The notes under the pieces were generated by a model that was not told the origin of the DNA, did not search any database, and saw only the letters and a list, made by a program, of their open reading frames with translations. The position numbers were made by a program, and so were the translations under genes. From the NCBI GenBank assembly GCA_041494805.1, contig JBGQBN010000009.1, positions 1-32,000 on the forward strand: DNA of 32,000 nucleotides, written 5' to 3'. This stretch comes from Terriglobia bacterium (GTDB lineage: Bacteria > Acidobacteriota > Terriglobia > Terriglobales > Acidobacteriaceae). Below, one piece after another: positions 1-9,181 of this stretch (its first letter is position 1; each line of letters starts with the position of its first letter).

Positions 1-4
1 CCTC

Positions 5-1129
5 ATGCTCGGTGATGGCGCAGGTGGACTCGGCTCGCCGACTCTCGTACCTGCCGGAAGATTGACTACGGGTGTGACCGCCGGTGACTTCAACCACGAT
101 GGCAAGCTGGACCTGGCGGTGACCAACCAGGCCGACAACAACGTAACTGTGCTGCTGGGCAACGGCGACGGCAGCTTCACCTTTTCCGCCAACTACCCCA
201 TTATCCCACCGGGTGTCGGCGGCCAAGCTACGCCGATCTACGTGGCAGCGGCCGACTTCACCGGCGACGGCAATCTCGACCTGGTCGTGGCCAATGCGAA
301 TAATCGGGTCGGTGGCTTCGGCGTCCCTAACTTGAATCTCGGCATGCGGTTCCTGCAGGGGAACAGCGACGGCACTTTCCAGGCGGCGCAGGGCTTCATT
401 GCGGGCCTGGCCTCGAATACCTTGGCCATAGCGGACCTCAACCGAGACGGAGCTTCCGACGTAGTGGTGAGCGAGAACAACGGAATCGAGGCCTTGCTGA
501 CCGTGCTGCTGAACACCGGCGGGACCTTCGTGAAACTCACCAGTTCGGTCAATCCCTCCGACTTCGGCCAGCCCGTAAAATTCACCGCGACTGTGAATGC
601 CAGTGTCGGCGGCTCTCCTTCCCCTACGGGCAGCGTCATCTTTAAGGACGGCACAACTGTGCTGGGTACGGTCCCGCTCACTTCCGGGAGCGCTGCTCTT
701 ACTACCTCTACATTGGCTGCCGGCACCCACAGCATCACCGCCAGCTACTCTGGCGACAGCAACTTCAACCGTCACACTGCTGGTCCGCTTAGCCAGGTGG
801 TGTCTGCGGTCAGCCTGAAGCCCCTGAAGCTGAACTTCGGCAACCAGAAAGTAGGCACCACGAGCCGACCGAAGAAGACGACCTTGACCAACAACGGAAG
901 CGCCGCCATCACCATCAGCAGTATCGCCCTCGGTGGTCCCAACCCTGGCGACTTCACCGAGGTCAGCAACTGTCCCATCAGTCCCAACACGCTGGGGGCG
1001 GGGATAAGTTGTTCGATTAAGGTGACCTTCAAACCCGCCGCCACGGGCAGCCGCAAAGCAATGGTAGAGGTCACCGACGATGCCGGCGGCAGTCCACAAA
1101 AGGTCGCGCTGACCGGCAACGGAACCTGA
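5..1129 (+). CDS. FG-GAP/VCBS repeat protein with Ig-like and choice-of-anchor-D-like C-terminal domain, 5' truncated by window edge
   Basis: Translation has GDFNHDGKLDLAVTNQADNNVTVLLGNGDGSF (FG-GAP/VCBS), GSVIFKDGTTVLGTVPLTSGSAALTTSTLAAGTHSITASYSGDSNF (bacterial Ig-like) and LNFGNQKVGTTSRPKKTTLTNNGSAAITISSI (ASPM/SPD-2/choice-of-anchor D). The frame is open to the window edge. Confidence 0.85.
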   Translation: MLGDGAGGLGSPTLVPAGRLTTGVTAGDFNHDGKLDLAVTNQADNNVTVLLGNGDGSFTFSANYPIIPPGVGGQATPIYVAAADFTGDGNLDLVVANANNRVGGFGVPNLNLGMRFLQGNSDGTFQAAQGFIAGLASNTLAIADLNRDGASDVVVSENNGIEALLTVLLNTGGTFVKLTSSVNPSDFGQPVKFTATVNASVGGSPSPTGSVIFKDGTTVLGTVPLTSGSAALTTSTLAAGTHSITASYSGDSNFNRHTAGPLSQVVSAVSLKPLKLNFGNQKVGTTSRPKKTTLTNNGSAAITISSIALGGPNPGDFTEVSNCPISPNTLGAGISCSIKVTFKPAATGSRKAMVEVTDDAGGSPQKVALTGNGT

Positions 1130-1162
1130 AATCAACCTGGCCGAAGCAAGTAGCGTCACTCC

Positions 1163-1189
1163 GGGGAAGCCACAGCAGCGGGCTTCCCC
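1163..1189 (+). terminator. Hairpin GGGGAAGCC-N9-GGCTTCCCC between the FG-GAP gene and rpiA, possible terminator
   Basis: Perfect 9-bp inverted repeat just after the stop at 1129. It is followed by only a weak T-run (CTGCGTTTTGC). Confidence 0.4.
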
Positions 1190-1261
1190 CTGCGTTTTGC
1201 GGTCTCGCCAAGCCGCCTTGTGGGCAATCGGATAAAATTCCAAGGCGGTCGGTGGAGCAGC

Positions 1262-1948
1262 ATGGCCAATGACCAGGAAAAGCAAGCAGCGGCGCGAGCC
1301 AGCCTGCGCTTCGTCCGCGAAGGATGCATCGTAGGACTGGGGACTGGATCGACCGCTGCTTATGCCGTTCGCTTTCTTGCCGAGCGGGTGCAAGCCGGGC
1401 TGAAGATTCGCGGCATTCCAACTTCAGTCCCCACCAAAGAATTGGCCGGGGGTCTGGGAATTCCGCTGGCTACACTCGATGAATTTCCGCAGATTGACGT
1501 GACCATCGACGGTGCCGACGAAATCGATCCTGAACTGCGGCTCATCAAAGGAGGCGGCGGCGCGCTGTTACGGGAAAAGATCGTCGCTTCAGCCTCGCGG
1601 CAGCTGGTGATCATCGCCGATTCCACGAAACAGGTCTCCATGCTGGGGAAATTTCCGCTGCCAGTCGAGGTGATTCCGTTCGCACTGAGACTCGCAGAGA
1701 AAAAGATCTCAGCGTTGGGAGCCTCGGTTAGCCTGCGCACGGATTCAGCCGGCAAGCCGTTCATCACCGACGAAGGCCATCACATCCTGGATTGCAACTT
1801 TGGGCAAATTCCAGATCCGCCGGAACTGGCCCGCGAACTGAAAGCCGTGCCCGGGGTGGTCGAGCACGGATTGTTTATTGGCATGGCGGATGTAGTGCTT
1901 GTCGGAAGGGGCGACAAAGTCCTGGAGTTGCGGCGCCGGGTGGTCTAG
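1262..1948 (+). CDS. rpiA: Ribose-5-phosphate isomerase A
   Basis: Motifs VGLGTGSTAAYAV, TIDGADEIDPELRLIKGGGGALLREKIVA. ATG at 1262 (MANDQEKQAA) is a better start than 1220. Confidence 0.95.
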   Translation: MANDQEKQAAARASLRFVREGCIVGLGTGSTAAYAVRFLAERVQAGLKIRGIPTSVPTKELAGGLGIPLATLDEFPQIDVTIDGADEIDPELRLIKGGGGALLREKIVASASRQLVIIADSTKQVSMLGKFPLPVEVIPFALRLAEKKISALGASVSLRTDSAGKPFITDEGHHILDCNFGQIPDPPELARELKAVPGVVEHGLFIGMADVVLVGRGDKVLELRRRVV

Positions 1949-3209
1949 GCAGCAATCTCCCGCAACGCAGACAATAGCCGGTCCACCTCTTCCGCCGTGT
2001 TGTAGTGGGCCAGGCCGATCCGCAAAAAGCCGCCATCTTTCTCCACATCAAGGCGCTCAGTGAGGTTCAGTGCATAATAGTTGCCGTCCCAGGTGAAGAA
2101 GCCGCGCTCACCCAGCTTGGTCGCAAGCTCGAGCGGCGTCTGTCGCGCAATGCGCACCGCGACAGTCGGGCAGCGCTGGTCGAATCGCTTCGGATCGCTG
2201 ATGCCATAGAGCTTCAGCCCACGAACCGCCAACAATCCGCGAATCAAGCGCTCCGCCAGTGCGCGCTCGTGTTGCTGAATGGCGCCATAGGCCGCGAGCA
2301 AGGCCGCTCGTCGAGTAGATACCGTCCCATCCACCCTGCGCCCAAGATCGGCCAAGTAGTCCACGCAGGCGGTGATCCCGGCAATGCACTCGTGGTTGAG
2401 CGTGCCCCACTCCCAGCGGTTGGGAATGGCGTCAGTATTGGCGCGCACCTTGTAAGGATGTAGGAGCTTCAAGTGTTTGCGCTTGCCATAGAGCACGCCA
2501 TGTGCGGCCCAAAAAACTTGTAGGTCGAGCAAACCAGGAAATCGCAATCGAGAGCGCGAACGTCAATCGGGCCGTGGGGCGCGTAGTGAACGGCGTCAAT
2601 ATACGCCATCGCGCCACTCGCATGAGCGAGGCGTACAACTTCTTTCACATCGTTGATCGTGCCCACCGCGTTCGAGGCATAACCAACCGCGACCAGGCTG
2701 GTGTGGCCTGTGATTTTGCGCGCCAGATCGTTCATGTCGAGAGTGCAGTCCTCTTCATTGATCTCCACAAAGCGAACGCTGGCGCCGGTCTCCTCTAGCG
2801 CACGCCACGGTGAAATGTTGGCGTCATGATCGAGGTGCGTGACCACGATTTCGTTGCCTGGACCGAATTCGCGGCCGATGGCGCGGCTGATAGCAAAGGT
2901 CAGCGAGGTCATGTTGGGGCCGAACACGACTTCGTCGGGATCGCAGCCGAGAAAGTCCGCCATAGCGGCACGCGCCGCATCAATCGTGGCATTGGTTTGG
3001 TAGCTGGTGGCGTAAGCTCCATTGGTGTTAGCGTTGGAATTCTTCAGATAATCGCTAACCGCATCAATCACCCTCTGCGGCACTTGAGTCCCGCCTGGAC
3101 CATCGAGGAACACCGCAGGCTGCCGGTTGACAGTCTGCGTGAGGGAGGGGAATTGGGAGCGAACCCAGGCAAGGTCGAGTGTAGTCATTTCCTTTTGCGT
3201 GGTAAGCAT
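1945..3209 (-). pseudogene. Cysteine desulfurase-like PLP-dependent aminotransferase (class V), interrupted by a one-base frameshift
   Basis: ORF 2469-3209(-) carries FLDGPGGTQVPQRVIDAVSDYL...THLDHDANISPWRAL...YIDAVHYAPHGPIDV...CSTYKFFGPHM. ORF 1945-2547(-) continues with HGVLYGKRKHLKLLHPYKVRA...RWEWGTLNHECIAGI...FLRIGLAHYNTAEEVDRLLSAL. The halves join at about 2496-2501 if one G is restored in ATGGCGTG. Confidence 0.85.
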
Positions 3210-3233
3210 GAATTGCTAATTACCGTTGCTGTA

Positions 3234-3255
3234 GAGACGTAGCTTGCTACGTCTC
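3234..3255. repeat. Palindrome GAGACGTAG-CTTG-CTACGTCTC, copy 1
   Basis: Perfect 9-bp stem with a 4-nt loop. Identical to 21970-21991, including the preceding GTA. Confidence 0.9.
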
Positions 3256-4266
3256 TCCCGCCACCGCCCGAATGAAATCCGCCAACATGCCGTACGCCGT
3301 GGCCTGCGGCCCAGGATCGTTTTCTACGATCCCCAAACCAGGAAACATATCCGTTTCAAAATACACGACTGAGGACGTTCCCGCGACCCAGGCCAGAGGA
3401 TCGCTCAACGGCACCTGCGCGGGCCGCACGCTGGCAGTAACGCCTCGTTCAGTGCGCCGTGCGCGGCACACCAGCTTGTAAGGCGTGCCGGCAGCGCGAG
3501 CAGCACGCGCCATTTCACCAGTAATGCTGGCAATACCTTCGCGCTCGACGGCATCCAAAGGGATACGCACGCCCATCAATACCGTGACCAAAGCAGCGAC
3601 TTTCACGGCCGCATCCCAGCCTTCGATATCGTGGCTGGGATCGGTTTCAGCGACGCCTATCTGCTGGGCCTGCCGGAGCGAATCATCGAAGCTGAGGCCC
3701 GCCTCCATGCCGCCGAGGATGACATTGGTCGTCGAGTTCAGGATGCCGCGAAACCCGTGCAGTTCGATAGCCGGAAGGTTGTCGCGGAACAAGCAGAAAA
3801 TAGGGACACCGTCCATCACCGTGGATTCGAACAAAAAGCGCCGGCCTTTCGCGGCTGCCAGCGAGTGCAGTTCATCATAAGCGTGGACGATCGGCCCCTT
3901 GTTGGCGGTAATAGCGTGCGCCCCCATTTCAAGCGCCGCGCGGATGTGATCGATCGCCGGCTGTCCGGTCTGAGGAGTAAGCGATGTAGCTTCGAAGAGC
4001 ACGTCCGCGCGCGCTGCGTTTAACCATTCCCGCACTGAGTGTGGCGCGGGCTCCCCCGCCCGCGTCTTGCAATTGTTCCCAGAGACCAAGGCGGCAGAAT
4101 CCAGCCCCTCAGCATCTGCTATCCATCCCAGCCGCCGTGCGGCAACACCGGTAATTCGCCACGCGATACCGCGTTCCTGCAGCTGCCGCTCCTTCTCCTG
4201 TAACAAGCGGACGAGCATCCGATTAACGTTGCCGAAGCCGAGCAGGCAGAGATTATGAGTGCGAAT
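3247..4266 (-). CDS. Homoserine dehydrogenase-like protein, likely extending upstream of the 4218 ATG
   Basis: Motifs ITANKGPIVHAYDELHSLAAAKGRRFLFESTVMDGVPIF, GILNSTTNVILGGMEAG, DIEGWDAAVKVAALVTVLMG are typical of homoserine dehydrogenase. The nucleotide-binding GFGNVN motif lies upstream of the ATG, encoded at about 4219-4266. The start codon is uncertain. Confidence 0.8.
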   Translation of the reverse strand: MRTHNLCLLGFGNVNRMLVRLLQEKERQLQERGIAWRITGVAARRLGWIADAEGLDSAALVSGNNCKTRAGEPAPHSVREWLNAARADVLFEATSLTPQTGQPAIDHIRAALEMGAHAITANKGPIVHAYDELHSLAAAKGRRFLFESTVMDGVPIFCLFRDNLPAIELHGFRGILNSTTNVILGGMEAGLSFDDSLRQAQQIGVAETDPSHDIEGWDAAVKVAALVTVLMGVRIPLDAVEREGIASITGEMARAARAAGTPYKLVCRARRTERGVTASVRPAQVPLSDPLAWVAGTSSVVYFETDMFPGLGIVENDPGPQATAYGMLADFIRAVAGET

Positions 4267-4348
4267 GTAGGTCTCCTCGAAGTGGGTTCCACAGTAGGTC
4301 TCTGAGCAGGATGCCGAGCACCATGCGGCGGAACGCCGGCGCTCCCGG

Positions 4349-4747
4349 TCATCCCATCATGGTTGTATGTTCGGGCTGGATTTTGTACATGACCCGAACC
4401 TCGCTCGCCTGCCGGTAGGGATACTTATCCACACCCAGGTACTTCTTCGCCATTTTGTCGATGTGGGCATCCGCGCCCTGCTCGGTGATTTCGACGACTC
4501 GGCCGCGGATTTCGAGATAGCGGTAAGGATTCTCCGGGTCCATGATCGCCAGGGCCACGCGTGGATCGCGACGCAGGTTGCGGTCTTTCTGCCGGCCTTT
4601 GGCAGAATTGATGATCACGTAGTCGCCCTCGAGGTCGCACCACACAGGTGTCACCTGCGGACGCCCGTCGGGCATGACCGTGCCAAGGCTGGCAAAAGCA
4701 CGCTTGCTGAACAGATCGCGATACTTGTCGGGGATAGCCTGGGACAT
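4349..4747 (-). CDS. PPOX-class (pyridoxamine 5'-phosphate oxidase-like / F420-dependent) flavin-binding-fold oxidoreductase
   Basis: RAFASLGTVMPDGRPQVTPVWCDLEGDYVIINSAKGRQKDRNLRRDPRVALAIMDPENPYRYLEIRGRV is the classic PPOX family N-terminal pattern. Confidence 0.85.
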   Translation of the reverse strand: MSQAIPDKYRDLFSKRAFASLGTVMPDGRPQVTPVWCDLEGDYVIINSAKGRQKDRNLRRDPRVALAIMDPENPYRYLEIRGRVVEITEQGADAHIDKMAKKYLGVDKYPYRQASEVRVMYKIQPEHTTMMG

Positions 4748-4902
4748 GGATTCCTCCTAAATGCCGAAATGAATGACCAACGGGAAGCAAACCCACATTA
4801 TAGACGTGCGCCACCAGCAGGCGGCAGGCCGATCTGGAATCGCAGCTTCTGTTGCGGCATCCGAACATTTAGAATGTTGTACCTTACTGAAGTTCAATAG
4901 AC

Positions 4903-5838
4903 TTGGTTATGCCTCACACCGGTTCAGGCAGGTGGCACGTGCTGTGGTTCGTCGTGGCCGAGATGTTGCTAGCCCTCCTCGCTGGCATGCCGGCCGCGTC
5001 GCAAGCGCAGGATCCACAACCCAAAGCTCCGCCCACCATCGTCTTCATGACGGACTTCGGCACGGTGGACGACTCGGTCGCCCTTTGCAAGGGTGTAATG
5101 TATTCGGTCGCTCCCGATCTTCGCATCGTGGATCTCACCCATCAGGTCACGCCGTTTTCCATTCTCGACGGCGCACGCTTTCTCTATGGAGCCACTCCCT
5201 ACTATCCCGCTGGAACGGTGTTTGTGGTGGTCGTGGACCCGGGCGTAGGCAGCACGCGCAAGGCGGTGGTGGTGAAGTCCAAGCGGGGACAGTATTTCGT
5301 GCTCCCGGACAATGGGCTTATGACGTTGGTGGAGGATCGCGATGGAATCGAGGGTGTCCACGAGGTTACGAATCGCGACTGGATGATCGGCGCGGCGCTC
5401 TCTTCCACCTTTCACGGGCGTGACATTTTTTCGCCGGTGGGCGCGCATCTGGCGCGCGGCGAAGACTGGACGCAAGTCGGTCCGGAACTCAAGCAACTGG
5501 TACGATTGAAGCTGGCGGCGTCCAAGCTGGACGAGCGCGGGTTGGGCGGCGAAGTGATCGCGACCGATGGTCCCTTTGGCAATCTGGTCACGAATATCAG
5601 CGGGGATGACTTCTTGAAGCTGGGCTACGGTCATGGGCAACACGTGCATGTCGCCATCGGCAAGACGGAAATGAATATTCCATTTGTCCGCACCTTCAGT
5701 GACGTGCAGCTGAAGAAGCCGCTGCTCTACATCGATTCTCGCGGGCACCTGGGATTGGCCGTGAATCAGGGAAGCTTTGCCGCCATCTACGGGATCAAGC
5801 CGCCAGTGGCGATTTTCATTACGCGGGCAGGAAACTAA
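4903..5838 (+). CDS. SAM hydroxide adenosyltransferase (DUF62 / SAM hydrolase-like) with N-terminal signal peptide
   Basis: FMTDFGTVDDSVALCKGVMYSVAPDLRIVDLTHQVTPFSILDGARFL and VVDPGVGSTRKAVVVKSKRGQYFVLPDNGLM are hallmark motifs. The N-terminus WFVVAEMLLALLAGMPAASQAQ looks like a signal peptide. Confidence 0.85.
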   Translation: MVMPHTGSGRWHVLWFVVAEMLLALLAGMPAASQAQDPQPKAPPTIVFMTDFGTVDDSVALCKGVMYSVAPDLRIVDLTHQVTPFSILDGARFLYGATPYYPAGTVFVVVVDPGVGSTRKAVVVKSKRGQYFVLPDNGLMTLVEDRDGIEGVHEVTNRDWMIGAALSSTFHGRDIFSPVGAHLARGEDWTQVGPELKQLVRLKLAASKLDERGLGGEVIATDGPFGNLVTNISGDDFLKLGYGHGQHVHVAIGKTEMNIPFVRTFSDVQLKKPLLYIDSRGHLGLAVNQGSFAAIYGIKPPVAIFITRAGN

Positions 5839-5914
5839 AAGGAATCTCGCGCTGAAGCTGGGACATCTGTACTGCATCCCACCCGCGTCAAAGCTTTCAA
5901 CGAGGAGGACCAAC

Positions 5915-8900
5915 ATGAGCAGCCTGCAGCAACTTTCAGCCCGCAGTACCAACGGCCTCAGACGTCTGATTATCGCCGCCATGCTCCTGCTCCTGCCCTG
6001 TCTTGTTGTAGGGCAAAGCTTCCGCGGCTCGATTCGGGGAAAGGTGGTCGACCCGGCCGGCAGCCTGATTGCCCGCGCGAAGGTCACGGCGAAGAGCAGC
6101 GAGACCGGGCTCGTCCGCACAACCGTCACTGGTAGCGACGGCGCTTACGTTCTGGCCGAATTGCCCGCAGGCCTGTACACCGTAATTGCCGAAGCACCCA
6201 GCCTGTCACCAACCGCACAAAATGTTGTCGTCAATGTGGGCCTGGACACCACAGCGGACTTCGACCTGACCAAAGTGGAAAAAAGGCTGGAGCAGATCAC
6301 CGTGACTGGCGCCGCTCCGCTCGTGGAGGCCACGCGTGACGTGCTGGGCGAGGTCGTCGACCAGAGACTGGTAAGCCAACTGCCGCTGAATGGCCGCGAT
6401 TTTGGCAAACTGGTCGCCCTCGTGCCCGGCGCCACGGTTGAGCCTTCGGGAGTGGCCGGAACCCAGTTCGGCTTCGGACAGTTCAATATCAACGGGAACC
6501 GCGACCGCTCCAACAACTACAGCGTGGACGGCACCGACAACAACGATCCGTACTTCAACAACTCCGCGCTCAACCAGGTGGGCATCACCGGCGCGCCCGC
6601 GTCACTGCTGCCCATTGACGCCATCCAGGAATTCAATCTGCAGTCGCAGTTCGGCGCCGAATATGGCCGCAACACCGGCTCGGTGGTAAACATCCTGACC
6701 CGCTCCGGCACCAACCAGTTGCACGGTTCAGCCTTCGGGTTCTTCCGCAACTCCGCTCTGGACGCCCGCAACTTCTTCAATACGGAGGCGCGCAAGACCT
6801 CTTTCCAGAATAGCCAGTTCGGAGGTTCACTCGGCGGACCGATTGTGAAGGACAAGACGTTCTTCTTCGGCGCCTATGAAGGCCAGCGCGAGCGCGTGGG
6901 TTCGGACTTCATCCTGGGCGTGCCAACCCCGGCACAGCGCGCCGCGGCCCGGCAAGTGGCCTTGGCCAATGGCCTGACCGCCATCAACCCGGCATTGGAC
7001 GCAATCCTCGACTTCTACCCGGTCAGCAACACGGGTACGTTTGCCGGCGTCGTGCGGGACAAGAACGACATGGACAGCTTCATCGTCAAGGTGGACCACA
7101 ACTTCACCAATACCGAGCAACTTTCCGGCAGGTATGCTTTTGCCCGCAGTGAGCAGGTATTTCCACTAGGCTCGGCCGGCGGTTTCGGCGATGGCTCGCG
7201 CTTGCCCCAGTTCGCGCAGACTTCACCCGCCCGCGTGCAGGTAGTTTCCTTGAGCCTCCTTTCCAGCCTGAGCTCCACTCGCATCAACGAAGTGCGCTTT
7301 GGATACAGCCGGTATCGCACATCATTCAGTTCGCTGGACGCCAACTTCGATCCCTCGACTCTGGGCATTGATTTTGGCAACGGGAAGCTGGGCCTCCCGG
7401 AGATTGACTTCTCAGTCCCCGAACTGGAGAACCTGGGTGCGCAAGGATTCAGTATTCCACGTGGCCGCACCAGCCAGACCTACCAGATTTTGGATAACTT
7501 CACCTGGCTGCATGGCCGGCACACCATCAAGTTCGGCGGTGAGTATCGCCGTGCCGCCATCGAAAACTTCAATGACAACCTGGAGCGTGGCATTTTTTCC
7601 TTCAGCCCTTCCGGGCTTGATCCGGACCCTGTCGTGGACACTCTCGCCAATTTCTATCTAGGCGGACCAAATTTTGATGCTTTCATCCTCGCCCTCACCG
7701 GCGACACCAACCGCACGACCTACAACAATGGTCTGAGCTTTTTTGTTCAGGATGACATTCGCCTGCGCCCGAACTTCACCCTGAATCTTGGCCTACGCTG
7801 GGAATACTTCGGTCCTGTGAGCGAGAAGAACAATCTGCTTTCGAACCTCGCTTCCGACGGCACCCTCGCTATGGTGGGCACGCATGGTCTGGACGGCATC
7901 TACGAACGCGACCTGAACAACTTCGGCCCACGTGTGGGATTTGCCTGGAACGTGCACCCGAAGACCGTAGTGCGAGGCGCCTACGGCTTGTACTACGACT
8001 ATGTTCCGCAGCATCTGATGCTGGCGAATTTCACACCGTCGGCGGGCGTGGCCACCAACCCGATTGGTCCCCAGCCCGTGTTGCCGCTGTTTTATGACGA
8101 GAACGCGTTCAACGGCTCGGTACCGGGACCTGTTCTCTCGCCCGGCGGACCTCCATTCAACATCTTCGTAACGCCCCGCGATTTCCCCGCGCCCTACGTG
8201 CAGAACTGGAACTTCAACGTACAGCAGGAACTGACACCCGCTGCAGCGTTTGAAGTCGGTTACGTCGGCAGCAAGGGCACCCGCTTGGTGCGTCTATACG
8301 ACCAGAACCAGCCGGACGCCAACTTCAATTTCCCCAATCCCAACTTCGGCAACGTGCACACGCTCGCGCCCATCTCCTCTTCCACATACCACGCTCTGCA
8401 GACCACGTTTAAGCTACAAGGCTGGGGCGGATTCTCCGGTTTCACTTCCTACACCTGGTCGAAGTCGCTGGACGATGCTTCCGATGGCATAGATTTCACT
8501 GCCGGCGCGGCTTTCCCGCAGGACTCAACCAACTTGCAGGCCGAACACGGCGCCTCCACCTTCGACACCCGGCACCGTTTCACGGCTGCAATTAACTATC
8601 GGGTACCCACGTGGGGCGGCGTGCCCAAGCGGCTGGGGGATGGCTGGCAACTCAACTGGATTGTGACTGCGCAGAGCGGACGGCCCATCCCCATTATCAC
8701 GTCTGATGACACCACTGGACGCTTCTATTTCAATCAGCGGCCTAACGTAGTGCCAGGTGTGAATCCCGTGCTGCCAAACTGGAATCCATTCACCGGCTAT
8801 CTGAACCCGGCCGCATTCTCGCAGCCGGCGTTCGGCACATTCGGCGATTTGGGACGCAACTCGATCTACGGCCCCAACTACTGGAATTTTGACTTCTCCG

Positions 8901-9124
8901 TCAGCAAAAGCACGCAGTTGGTGGAGCGGCTGAACTTGCAGTTGCGCGCCGAATTCTTCAATCTCTTCAACCACCCGAATTTCGCTCTGCCCAACGGTAC
9001 GGTTACACCGGGCGTTGGTCCGATTGGCACGATCACCCAGACGCCCGACGTTGCTCAAGGTAATCCCGGTCTCGGCGGCGGCGGTCCACGGGTAATCCAG
9101 GTGGGTGCAAAGTTCACCTTCTGA
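5915..9124 (+). CDS. TonB-dependent receptor with N-terminal carboxypeptidase-regulatory-like domain (Oar-like)
   Basis: GSIRGKVVDPAGSLIARAKVTAKSSETGL; plug-like QRLVSQLPLNGRDFGKLVALVPGA; C-terminal NLQLRAEFFNLFNHPNFALPNG...VGAKFTF. ATG 5915 (MSSLQQL) is preceded by GAGGAGG. Confidence 0.9.
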   Translation: MSSLQQLSARSTNGLRRLIIAAMLLLLPCLVVGQSFRGSIRGKVVDPAGSLIARAKVTAKSSETGLVRTTVTGSDGAYVLAELPAGLYTVIAEAPSLSPTAQNVVVNVGLDTTADFDLTKVEKRLEQITVTGAAPLVEATRDVLGEVVDQRLVSQLPLNGRDFGKLVALVPGATVEPSGVAGTQFGFGQFNINGNRDRSNNYSVDGTDNNDPYFNNSALNQVGITGAPASLLPIDAIQEFNLQSQFGAEYGRNTGSVVNILTRSGTNQLHGSAFGFFRNSALDARNFFNTEARKTSFQNSQFGGSLGGPIVKDKTFFFGAYEGQRERVGSDFILGVPTPAQRAAARQVALANGLTAINPALDAILDFYPVSNTGTFAGVVRDKNDMDSFIVKVDHNFTNTEQLSGRYAFARSEQVFPLGSAGGFGDGSRLPQFAQTSPARVQVVSLSLLSSLSSTRINEVRFGYSRYRTSFSSLDANFDPSTLGIDFGNGKLGLPEIDFSVPELENLGAQGFSIPRGRTSQTYQILDNFTWLHGRHTIKFGGEYRRAAIENFNDNLERGIFSFSPSGLDPDPVVDTLANFYLGGPNFDAFILALTGDTNRTTYNNGLSFFVQDDIRLRPNFTLNLGLRWEYFGPVSEKNNLLSNLASDGTLAMVGTHGLDGIYERDLNNFGPRVGFAWNVHPKTVVRGAYGLYYDYVPQHLMLANFTPSAGVATNPIGPQPVLPLFYDENAFNGSVPGPVLSPGGPPFNIFVTPRDFPAPYVQNWNFNVQQELTPAAAFEVGYVGSKGTRLVRLYDQNQPDANFNFPNPNFGNVHTLAPISSSTYHALQTTFKLQGWGGFSGFTSYTWSKSLDDASDGIDFTAGAAFPQDSTNLQAEHGASTFDTRHRFTAAINYRVPTWGGVPKRLGDGWQLNWIVTAQSGRPIPIITSDDTTGRFYFNQRPNVVPGVNPVLPNWNPFTGYLNPAAFSQPAFGTFGDLGRNSIYGPNYWNFDFSVSKSTQLVERLNLQLRAEFFNLFNHPNFALPNGTVTPGVGPIGTITQTPDVAQGNPGLGGGGPRVIQVGAKFTF

Positions 9125-9139
9125 TCAGACCGTGTGGAA

Positions 9140-9156
9140 GCGGGCGACTCGCCCGC
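9140..9156. repeat. Palindrome GCGGGCG-ACT-CGCCCGC within a shared AGACCGTGTGG... element
   Basis: Perfect 7-bp stem with ACT loop. The same flank and loop occur at about 18633-18664. Confidence 0.75.
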
Positions 9157-9181
9157 CCCATCCGAGCGAAGCTCAGCGGCG

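Noticed and set aside
4969-6129. 386-aa minus-strand ORF across the SAM hydrolase-like gene and TonB receptor start
   Set aside because: It overlaps two well-supported + genes and the ribosome-binding site of the receptor. Composition is typical of a shadow ORF.
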